63,840 nt of DNA. Source: Hydrolagus colliei (taxonomy: Eukaryota). The stretch covers positions 1,426,001 to 1,489,840 of the forward strand of contig CM068756.1 of NCBI GenBank assembly GCA_035084275.1, in the 5' to 3' direction. The position numbers were made by a program, and so were the translations under genes. The notes beneath the pieces are model-generated. The model was not told the DNA's origin. It did no database searches and saw only the letters and a program-made list of their open reading frames with translations. Positions 26,088 through 36,766 of this stretch are shown one piece after another (positions within the stretch are counted from its first letter, which is position 1; each line of letters opens with the position of its first letter).

Positions 26088-27105
26088 GACTGTATAAGCA
26101 TCCACAGTACAGACTAACTCAGGACTCCACATTATTCCCATTTATGTCATTTCCAGTCAAGGTGCTTCTAACGGGATTGTTAGTGGAAGGTCTATAAGAT
26201 GCAAGAGCATCTGTTCCACATGTTTCTCCTGTTTCTAGACCTTGACAGACACAACTGCGTATTAAAAAAAAGAAGTTCCAACTCATCTTCTACCTTCCCT
26301 GTGCAATGAATAGTATTATAAATGTATAATTGTATTGAATTTTGAGCTTTCTTCACATGTGCTAGAGGGGGAACGATGGGGTGGTAGGTACATTGTTATG
26401 AAATCCCACATTGATTATCGATCAAGGGAAGCATCAATATCTTCATGTTCCACACTGAATAATGACTTAATGATACAAGGCAGCCGCCAAACAACAACAA
26501 CCAAAATTGCATTTATATAGTCGGGACAATGTCCGAAGGCGTTGAAAACAGTGACACAGCACAAGGTACACCTACAGTGGGGCAAGTCTCCACACATTGG
26601 GAGTGCTGTTTTGACGTGTAGTGAATGGAAACGCTGGATATCAAAATTCACTTCAACGTAAAAATGACCCACAATAATCAGTTCAATTATCGATCAGATC
26701 ATAAACAATAGAGAGCAGCCATCGGCTGAAAGAATGGGGGTGGGGGATGGGGAACGTGGTTCAGAGTCTCAATGTCCAATATAGCCAATGGCTGTGATGA
26801 AAAGATACACATGAAAGCAGATTTGGAAAGGTCTGAGGGTTTAATGCTCATTGAAATGAGACACAAGGCACACAGCAGTACAGGGGAGGTGCAGGTCAGA
26901 GGGAAATCAATACACCCAAACTTGCTTGGGTTTCCAGGACTCCAGAAGTGCTCTGGCTTGTCTGACCCACTCACATATAATGTGTAAATGTAGACTTGAA
27001 GAGGTCACAGATTAACTCCGACAAAAGGCCGAGTTATTCACCGAGTCATCAGGTACAAAGAACTTTGTGTTCTCTGATATTCAATTGTTCCATTGAGCAA
27101 AATGT

Positions 27106-27107
<2 letters not shown>

Positions 27108-27140
<33 letters not shown>
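27108..27140. repeat. (CA)n microsatellite
   Basis: Direct reading. Confidence 0.95.
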
Positions 27141-27142
<2 letters not shown>

Positions 27143-27573
27143 GGAAGCCAAATGCTCACACTAACCAAGGATCTGGCCATATCCCGAGAAGCTCGGAAAA
27201 GGAGCTCCAGCGTTCGATTCCAATCCATCGTAATGTCTTTAGCAGCACTCAGATATCTGGGGTTACTCAACATCCCCAGGGACACTTAACGAGGCATTTG
27301 AAATTAACTTAACACAGTTGAAATAAGGTAAGACTCAAACATAATGCTTGCTGGAGTAAACCATAGACTGTTAGTTGTTACTGCTGGTTAATAAAGTTCT
27401 AATTACTGCATTGTTTGACCACTTCTCGAGACAGAGAGAAAATGTCGAAAAGTGATTCGTCCATTCCCATCCGTTGCTGGATACAAAACTGGAGTGTGGA
27501 TTTCTCCCCACTTGGCTCTCTTTAACCCTGAGGTGATCCTGGCTGAATAAACAGCAGAAACCCTGCCAGAGAG

Positions 27574-27717
27574 TAATAATAATAATAATCCTTGCATTTA
27601 ATATAGCATCTCATCACGTCTTCGAGCGCTATATAGGATACACCACAAGGTGGATTGACTACGCATTTTGTGGGCAAAACCCGGCAGCCAGTTGTGCACA
27701 GCTATGTCCATAAATAG
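27574..27717 (-). mobile_element. Deu-domain SINE fragment
   Basis: 'taataataatccttgcattt...ttttgtgggcaaaacccggcagccagttgtgcacagc'. Confidence 0.8.
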
Positions 27718-28299
27718 ACCCAGATGGAATTTCTCCCCAGCAATGCGTTGGTAATTCAACTATTTAAAAAAAAAATTATGTCGAGGTGTCAATCGAGTTG
27801 AGCAAGACCTATCGTCCGCCAGTAAACTGATTTAAACTGGGCCGCCGTGGTGGGTCATTTGCACGATAATTTTGACCGAAGGCTGACAATACCTAAATTT
27901 CCACACAGCCATAGATTCACACTCATCAGCCTTGGATCCCTTTCAGATATTTAACAAAACAAGGTCAGGGACCTTCTTTAAAATAATGTGACATTATAAC
28001 CCTCCATCCCCTAACATTAGCCGGCAGTGGCTCTGGTCTGTTCATCTCCCTGATCTACTCAAATACAGTGAGCCCAACTCAAAGGCTCATTGTGAATTTA
28101 TTCCCTGTCATAGTCAGTGTATTCAAGGCCCACAAACATACACCTGAAAACAAAGTACAGTGCTCAGCACCGGGCACCTGGTTGATAATGTTTGCCAACA
28201 AACTCCAGATCCTAGCCTCTTATTATCAGTTGAACAATCTTTGAACAAATTGGCCATAAGGAAGCTCCAATAACCTTCGTGCTGTGCAGAGCATCATTC

Positions 28300-28545
28300 T
28301 CAAAGAACAGTGGTGCCTGTTCAGGCGGATGCTAAAGATCCCTTGACATAATTTGAAAATAGAAAGGAGCTTTCCCTCGTTGTCTTGGCCCACAATCCCT
28401 CGGATAACGTTGGTCATTCACTGCGTGGATGCTCTTGGGACGTTGCTGTGTGCAAATTAACTGCTGTGTTTGCTAACCAAAACACACATCAATCATTCCC
28501 GTGAAGCGCTTTGAGACTTCCTTTTTACGTGAAAGACAGGGGATC
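28300..28545 (+). mobile_element. SacSINE1/Deu-type SINE fragment
   Basis: 'gcctgttcaggcggatgctaaagatccc', 'tgggacgttgctgtgtgcaaattaactgctgtgtttgc' and 'gtgaagcgctttgagac'. Confidence 0.7.
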
Positions 28546-28730
28546 AATGATAAGGAATTTTATTTTTAAAAAGCCTGTTTGTGGGACTTTCTGGCCTGCA
28601 CTACTACATACAGTAGTTTGATGATGATCAACGTGATTCAGAAAGGATTCAGCAGAATCAGGAGATGGCCAAACAAGGAAGAGTGAATGACAGATAAAAA
28701 TGTTAAAAAAAGTTCTTAAAAATAGAAATC

Positions 28731-28914
28731 AAAACAGAAAGATGCTGGAAAGGTGAAAGCAGGTGAACGAGAATTCTGACAGAGTGGGGGAAAAAAAATG
28801 AACAGTTCATCAATTCAGGTAGAAAGAAACCTCAGAAAAGGAAACATTTACCTGCCTGCTCTCTCAGGTGCTGACTGACGTGCTGAGCTGCCCATTACCA
28901 GCATTTTTCTGCTT
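28731..28914. repeat. Degraded palindromic interspersed element of the common shark type
   Basis: The ends cagaaagatgctgg / ccagcatttttctg are 13/14 reverse-complementary. Internal 'gctgactgacgtgctgagc' resembles the shark 'gctgcctgacctgctgag' arm (recalled). Confidence 0.55.
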
Positions 28915-30856
28915 CACATAGCACATAATGCTTAGCTTGTGAAACGCAGGAGCAAAGCTGTGTTACGATTTAAGGAAACCTGTCACCAAAGCACACTGTG
29001 CAATTAAGGAAAGGAATTAAAAGAACCTGCCATAAAATCAGCCATTAACTTAGAATTTTACTTCATGCCCAGCAGAACGGCTGTGAGTCGGTGCCAAACC
29101 TCCAGGTAAACAGCCAGTGATGTCAAGCATCGAAGCCTGTAATTAATCTAACCGGGAACAAAAAAAAGCGACTTTTGTTGTCTCTTCTGCACAGTGTGTG
29201 CAGGAAATGACAGATGCGTGTAGTCCCACGATCTTTAAAACAATGGGAACCAAGTTAGTTACTGCACAAAGTGAATAGGATCAAAGTCAGGTGATGTGTC
29301 ACTTCGAAACACACAAAGGACTGGCTGATAGGTGTGCTTTCGTTGCGATTACAAAGAAAGTACAGTGAAGTTTTTCCGTTGAACCAAAAAAAAAACACAT
29401 CCACGATGCAAATGAAAAAATGTCTATTTCACAGTTAAACCCAAATCAATCCTAAACCCAGTTTCTGGTCATTTATGGTTGTTCGATTATCAGGGAAGGT
29501 TTTTTTTGGTGGGGGAGTGGGGTGGGGGGAGGGTTGGAGGAGTGAATGGGAAGAGGGGAGGGGGGAGAGAGAGAGAGAGAGAGAGAGAAAGCTCTTGAGG
29601 AAACCACGATTTGCTTCAATCCTGTAATTCTGTTGCCCACTGGATTTACGGACAGTACCACAGAGGTCACTTGTTAAAATAATCTTTGTTAATTCAGACG
29701 GGAAAAATGTTTAAAAGATGCCAGTCATTTCCCGTGTACTTGCTCAGCCAACAACAAAACAAGACGTGTCCGATTAGCACTCAGCAAATATGGTCGGATT
29801 ATAAATCACGGTCTAGAGTTGCGTTTAACCAACGTTGAATAGTGATGGAATTTTGGTGCCCACCCCCCACCCCACCCGCACAACACCTAGAATAAAACTT
29901 TTTAAGAAGAATCTGAGCAGAGCCAGACGCCACACTATCTCCTGTGCATTTCCATTAGAAAGTCAAGGTTAGGCTTTGAGGCTTTGCAAGGAGAGAGAGA
30001 GAGACAGAAACACAGCTGTGCAGTCCTTGTATCAAAGAAACAAATATGAAAGCCAAAAAATAAATAAAGTACTTTGAAGGCAGCGGGGGGTGGGGGGGGG
30101 GGGGGGGGGGGAAACGGCCTTACAAATTCAACTTATTAGTAGTGCTACAGACAGTTCTCCCGAATTGTCTGTCAAGCTGTCAAAGTGAGCTAGGCCTCAG
30201 GCTTTCCACCTTTCCAAGACGAGAAAGACAATCACCTGAATGGAAGTGGCGCTCTGCCTATCCTTTTGTTTGCCTTAGGCCCACTTCTCCTCGCCAATGT
30301 TTGCTGCACCTGAGCACTTGTAACTCGCACCACAGACTAAAATAGGATTTGGCAAGCCGCCTGCAGCGCCCGGCTCACAAGACTCTCCCTGTGTTTCTTC
30401 TTGTAGAAATATAAATAAAAAGTCAAAATAGTCGCAAGCTTTCTCGGGCAACAGTGTACCTGGTGAGCTACAGGTTTCACGGACGCACGCAGATGCCTAG
30501 GCTCCTTCCCAGCTCACTAAGTTAGGGTGATGCTCTTCACCGACAGGTGTCATGGGTTTTCTTTTGTCTGGGATCTGAGCCGCTTCAGGCTTAGAGAGTG
30601 CATCACCTCCTGATGGACAGGTGTCGTGGTCAATTACTCTATCTGTGCGGGTGGGGAGGTGGGCAGCGGAAGGCAAGGCATACACCTAGTGGCCCATCCA
30701 TGATCTCCATCCCAGAGGAGGTGGGGACATGACCAGAGGTGTGCACATACTGGTTGGTCTGGGTTAGGTGGAATTCGAGCAGAGTGGGGTGAGGTACATA
30801 CAATGCGGAATTCCTGAACTTCCCCACCTTCCTTCCCTCATTCTGACATGCGCACA

Positions 30857-30928
30857 CAACAACGACAACAACAACAACTTCGATTTATACAGCGCCCTCC
30901 ACGCCGGACGGCGTCTCAGAGCGCTTTA
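30857..30928 (-). mobile_element. L2-type 3' tail remnant
   Basis: 'caacaacaacaacttcgatttatacagcgccctccacg...tctcagagcgcttt'. Confidence 0.65.
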
Positions 30929-31337
30929 AATCACATGGTCCGTGATGACCATTCTCAGCTTCACCTCCCAGGGCGAAGGGCTTTCTGCATTCTTTAAGAT
31001 AGGGGCACGATGAGTATTGAGCAAAGGAAGGAGAAAATTTGCCGATGGGGATGTACTGCGTTGCAGTGGGTTAGTTTTACTTCAGGATTTGGGGAGAGCC
31101 AACAGGTGGCTTGTCTCTCCCTCCTTTCCCCGAAGAACGTACGGCAATGCTTCTAACGATGCTGAAGTGAATGGGATGAAATGAAAATGGGCATCACCTG
31201 AAGGAAATGGAGCAGGCAGGAAGTACATTTAACCTTACTTTACCAAATCAGGGTCCTCTCCTGAACTATGTGTATACATACACTGGAGGGGATGGCAGGG
31301 AGAGAAGCTGTAGAGTGAAAGTAAATTGCAGACTTAC

Positions 31338-31462
31338 AGCTCCTTATACATTCATATAGAAATAACTAATGAATGTCCGAAGGCCTTCAGATCCGATTTT
31401 TAAAAAATTGCAGAGCATGGATCAGCAAAAATAGCCATTTGTAACCAGATCCTAAATCACAA
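31338..31462 (-). other. Candidate non-coding (5'UTR) exon of the minus-strand host gene, tentatively RAI1-like exon 2
   Basis: Acceptor ttttatgcacAG at 31463-31464 (alternative AG at 31452-31453) and donor GAGCT|GTAAGT at 31332-31337. Unique sequence, 125 or 114 nt. The RAI1 resemblance is from memory only. Confidence 0.55.
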
Positions 31463-32519
31463 CTGTGCATAAAAACAGCTCAATTTGTGTAACAATGTGA
31501 TTCATCCCTTTGCAAATCATCGTTCATGTTTGGTCGCAAGGTTTGAGATCTCAAAACGAAACATTCTGCCACTACAGTGTGTTGGCATCATGACTGGTTA
31601 CATTGACAAATGCAAACACAGATAAAAAACCATATCCCAATAAACAATTGAAATAAAACAGAGCTCCCTTTCTCTCTGGAAAGCTAAAGTGATGCTTTTA
31701 CTAACTGTGGAGCTTGTTTATATAACAGAAAAGGAAGATGGGTTTCGGTACTTGGCACAAATGTATCAAGATCTGACAACAACAACAAGGATAATCACTC
31801 ACTGAATTCTCTGAATCTGGCATCAAGTCAACTGACGACCACACGACTGGAGTTTGGTATTGAGTGGGGGAGGAAGGGGCAGGGGAATTAAACACTTTTA
31901 TGAAAACTTGAGTTGCCAAAAATCCAATGCAGATTATGCCCTGCAGCCCAAGGGACCCTGCAAGTTTATATCTTTATCCTTTAGTTAAGTGTGTTGTCCA
32001 GTTCAATAGGACATCTGACATCAAATCAACAATTTCCGCGCAGCACAGCTAACACATAGCATAGTGTCACTTCGGACAAAAATCGTGCAAAGGTTCGTTG
32101 GGATTTTAGACATTGGTTAATGATCTATGAGCCATCAAAATAGTCGTTCACAAGTTGTAAATAAAAATAACTTCCAATGTTAAATATGCAGATCGATTTT
32201 AGAACTGAAATGGCATTAAGGGATCCACGGCCAACTTCCGTACGACTCCCAGTTTTTAAGAAGGTGAAGTGCTGACCGGATAGACGCAGGCAATGCTGAA
32301 CTTTTGGGATGCTGAACTGAAAGTGTTTTGTTTCCCTGATGGTCGATTGCGTGGTGGTGATGATGACGAGCCAGTGGAATCACTGCTCGCTGTAATCCGA
32401 GTTTCACTTCCCCAGCACAATGCTATTCCTGCTCTACATGTGAGCTGCCACCAACTCAGAAGTCACAAAAAAAACCCACTGTGATCTTTAGGCTTTACTC
32501 TGCTTCCACTACCGAGCTG

Positions 32520-32830
32520 CATCACTCCCCAGGCCTTCATTAAAGAGAGGGACAAACAGCAGTGCGAATAGCTACAAGGGCGAACAAGCACAATAATCAG
32601 AGTTGGACAGCAAGAGAAAGCCCTTGTAAATTTGTCTCCCATGATATTTTAAGCAGTCAGCTGCCCACGCTGAATAGCCTGTGAAGTTATTTAATGGGAC
32701 AGAATAATGTCCTTTGAATTGTTAAAGGTTCAGGCCCGTAAGAGTTAAAGGGCACATTCTGAACGTTGCTCACCCCTGTGTGTAGCAAAGGTCAATCCCA
32801 GTGCTCCCAGACGTGACCCGGCTCACACAA
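32520..32830. promoter_or_regulatory. Candidate enhancer with nuclear-receptor half-site cluster
   Basis: Repeat-free. Contains GGTTCA, GAGTTA-A-AGGGCA (DR1-like), CAAAGGTCA and a TCF-type CCTTTGAA. Function is inferred. Confidence 0.3.
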
Positions 32831-33356
32831 TCAATACAAGCGATGCTAACATCTGTGCATTCTGTTTACCAACCTTCTCAGCCCATGTGAAATATCATCT
32901 CCTTCGCTGCTTTCAAACAACCCTCCCAAACTCTGACTAAGTGCTTGTCTCGTCTGTCACATGCATTGAGCACCCACCATCCTTCTGGTCTGCATGACAG
33001 TCATCACGCTGCCTTTGCGGGTTTTAACCTCTGCCAGAAACAATTGGGTGTTCTTTTGGCGTTAAGTTTAAAATCCTCTCCAGTTGAGGATCATCTTTTA
33101 ATTGATGGGCCCCCTTTCTGAAAGTCAAAGTGACAATAATTCTCGCATGGACCTTGACAAGAGATCTTCGGCGGGGAATCACAGCCTAGCCCGGCTCAGT
33201 CCTCACGTACCACACATACACAATCGCCTTTATAGAGGAGTGTGGAGCTTTCTGGATAGTGACATGGACCCTCAATAGACCAGGGACACTGAAGTCAGTG
33301 TAGTGACTTTCAAAGCGTTGTTTGAGCTGAGAAAATGTACCGACGTGAGCCGCAAA

Positions 33357-33653
33357 TATAATAATCCTTGCATTTAGTATAGCGCTTTTTACAGCTTCTA
33401 GGTGTCTCAAAGCGCATTACAGAATACACTGTAAAGTGAACTGACTGCATATCCGTGGGCGAAACGCAGTAGCCAATTGCGCACAGCAGCGTCCCACAAA
33501 CAGTCAGGGATTGAAACGACCCATTTTATTATTTTTTGGGGACGGATTATTATTAGGCGTGTGGGGTAAGGAAACATGCCCAAGGTTTCGCCCTGACCTG
33601 CCTGGATTCACGCGTGTAAAGCGAGTGCTCTATCCACTGAGCTACAGGACTCC
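33357..33653 (-). mobile_element. Near full-length Deu-domain tRNA-SINE with internal deletion at the B box
   Basis: Head GGAGTCCTGTAGCTCAGTGGATAGAGCACTCGC on the minus strand, Deu core and (TTA)n tail. Confidence 0.9.
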
Positions 33654-35129
33654 ACATCCAAATCAAACCTACGCCCTGAACGGCACAGCCCTGCCTCTGC
33701 TGGTTGGTAATGATGGCTTTACTCCCTAACCAATCATTAGAGACTTTAAATTAATATTTTGTCTTAAAATCTGGGTTTGTCATTCAAATGTGGTACACGG
33801 CACTTATAGTCCTTGCATTTGATAATAACACTTATTGTTATTACTCCAAATATTAACTGAAACAAAATCGAGAGAGGTCAGCAAACTCTGGAACAACCGA
33901 ACGATATCCACTTTAACGGGTAAAAGCACACCCGAACACAGATAAATATATGCGAAATAAACAGCTACAGAAACCTCGAGTTGTAACAAGCTCTCCCGAC
34001 GCTACATTTGTGTAATTGTGTTCCAAGTGGGTCCTTGTTGATACGTGAACTTAGAAATTTGCCAAAGCAATGTACACTCCCGGGGCCCCGAGTGCAAACC
34101 ATTATCACAATGGCCCTTACGAAGTGAAAACAGCATTTTTCAAAGTGGGTGCACTTTCCCTATGTGATTCAACAGCTTCTCAGCCCGCACACAAACATCT
34201 TCAAATGTACCACTTGATTAAAAATAGAGTTACGTGACAAGGTGACTGACGTATGTGAAGGGAAGAGAAGAAGCATAGCCTTCAATTCACACAAACGCAC
34301 TCGCCTATTCAACGGCCAATCTTCCTTCCCTCCCCCCCTCTCTCTCTCTCTTCAGCGCACCCCCCCCCCACCCCCTCCACACACACACAAAAACACACAC
34401 TCTCTCGTTCTCCAAGACAACATCACAGCAAATGAGTATGGTTGTGATCTGGTAGATAGAGAAACAGTGGGGAATCCGTTCTGGGAACTGATTTCACCAG
34501 TGAATTTCCTGTCTGGCCCAGGTCAGAAAGATCAAAGACCTCTCCAAAATGATAAGACAACCCTTCATGCGTCTTACAGCCAGAAGAATCAGGCAGGGGG
34601 TTTACCTCACTTTCAAGACACTTAAAGTCAAGAACGATTAAAAGTAGCGCTGCTGGATTAAGATGATACTCTTAGAGGGTATTATAATGCTGCCAGTTAA
34701 AACGAGACCAGACATTCAGCCTTTAGTCCACACTTCAGCAGTCGACCGGTGCAAAGTCGAACAAAGCCCACGTTTGCAAATGATAATACTATCAGTTCTC
34801 GTGGTCGCAAGTTGTTTTTTGGGGGGGGCTGATGCTGGCTGCCACATCACAGGCTCCGAAGTAGGCGAAAGATGTTAGGTGGATTGCTGAGGTGACACAC
34901 AACAATTATGTTAAATGAACAAGGTCGGGCAAAGACGTTCAAACATGATTCAAAAGTGTTCCTAAACAGAGTGCCAAACTTCACACTCCTCCGCTTCAGA
35001 CACCAAAAGCTGCAGGAAAAAACAATGAGGGAGGTTTAAACACTCCCCAAACTGTGTCTAACTTTAACAAGAATTCTCTCCCTCCACGGAGAATTCCTGG
35101 GTTGCCAGGAGGCGATTTCTCACAGGATA

Positions 35130-35206
35130 GGGATGAAGGGATGAGAGCCGGTTGGGATGTCCTCCTGGTGCAAAAGGCGTTGTACAAATATAATTAGTTG
35201 TTGTTG
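35130..35206 (+). mobile_element. L2-type 3' tail remnant
   Basis: 'ttgggatgtcctcctggtgcaaaaggcgttgtacaaat...gttgttgttg'. Confidence 0.6.
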
Positions 35207-36305
35207 AGAGAGAATGTGTGGGGGGGGGGGGGGGGGGGGCAGGGGGTATAAACTACCAGAGAGTGCACACCCATCACCTGACAGCTGACTCGAGTACTGT
35301 TAAATGATGCCAGGGAACAAGTCACTTGTTGTTGGGCTGGCAATAGTGCATGGCATTGGAGAGATGGCGATGGGGGGGAGGGGGGGGGGGGATGGTGGGT
35401 GGAATAAATAACAATACTGTGTGGAGAAAGTGGAACCCTGAATGTGTCAGTAGTGAACTGAAATTTATTTCGTTTTTAACCTGGGTGCAAGACAAACAAA
35501 TTGAAGCCAGCAACAAATGGGTTAAGTTGTGGGGGGGGGTGTGGGGGGGTGGCGAGGGAAGGGAGGGCACTTTGCTCTGCAGTCTTGGTCTTGCGTGGAG
35601 TAAATAACCAGTTTCTGGAGAAAGAGGAAAATAAGCCTTCCTTCCCCCACCCCTGTGCAAATGCTGTACTATGCTAAATGGGTCTGAATCACTGGGTACT
35701 CGTTTGATCCAAACTGTCAGAATCCAAATTACTATTGGCTTCCCAATAAGGATCTCCAATGTATAAAGTGTTTACTGACGTTGTTCTGGTTTTAGTCCAT
35801 TCAATAGAACATTATTGACATCGCAATAACGCTGTAATCCAGCACAGCGGAATCTAACTCTGCTTTCTCATAGACAGCTCACATCTCTCATTGAGCACAC
35901 TATTCCCCACTGCTCCCTTCCCCCCCACTCCCCCCCCCCCCCCCCCCCCACCCCCCAAGCCCACCCCCCAGGCCTCTGCCAACTCACCTCACGACAGCCG
36001 CCTGCCGAAAGCCGAATGCCATTTCCCCACTGCCACTATATCACGGCCACTTTTAATGTGAGCGAGTTTGATTCTTAACCAATAAATGAAGATAAATCAC
36101 TGATGTAAAAGGTAGTGCAAGAATTCCGTATTTTTAATATCTTCATTAAACCCTCTCGGCCAGATTGATACCTTGTAATGGACCAACAAAGTGAAGGCAA
36201 TTGGCTCCTCTACACGCTGTAAAATGAGCACAGCCCTGTCACTGACACATAAACAGCACTCGGGTCCCCAAAGGAAAAGGGCTTGTAAGTCTTTATTAGG
36301 TTACA

Positions 36306-36479
36306 CAGTAAACTTCACATAAGTCGCATCGGTTGGGAATCATACTTCTAATACGATTCATGCAAAGGGTGAGTTATGTGAAATTTGCGTAAGTTATGGG
36401 GATTTCCATGGGATGTGGGCAGGTGTACAACTCGGTGATTGTACGATGTAAACAGATAAGACCTACGTGACTTTTACTG
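36306..36479. mobile_element. Degraded Tigger/pogo-like MITE
   Basis: TIRs CAGTAAACTTCACATAAGTC and gacctacgtgacttttactg are 16/20 complementary, with CAGT...ACTG termini. Confidence 0.55.
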
Positions 36480-36536
36480 CATGTGAAAATGTGATCCTTG
36501 AGAAGATCCGTTAAAACTTTAGAAACGTCACCGAGG

Positions 36537-36766
36537 CAACAACAACAACAACAACTTGCATTTATATAGCGCCCGCCACCCCGGGTAGCGTCTCAGGCTG
36601 CTTAACAGTGGCGGGGCCTGACTCTGAGCTGGGTATGGGGGGGGGGGGGGGGGGGGGGGGGGCGGGGGGGGGAGAGAGGTGGACGTAAGTACGATTTTCA
36701 GGCGGGACAAGGGAGAGAGAGGGGGTAAGGCAGAGGGATTAAGAGAGATTGTTCCACAGAGAGGGA
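36537..36766 (-). mobile_element. L2 3' fragment with poly-G insert
   Basis: 'caacaacaacttgcatttatatagcgcc' and 'gggattaagagagattgttccacagagaggga' parallel the L2 at 20324. Confidence 0.7.

Noticed and set aside
32216-32440. Ser-rich or His-run reading frames near the candidate exon
   Set aside because: Short, closed by stops, with no clear splice boundaries. The His/Ser runs derive from a small (TGG/TGA) repeat
33600-33653. tRNA gene (also at 14040-14112 and 47485-47560)
   Set aside because: The tRNA-like A/B boxes are SINE heads contiguous with the Deu core, and no intact cloverleaf is evident
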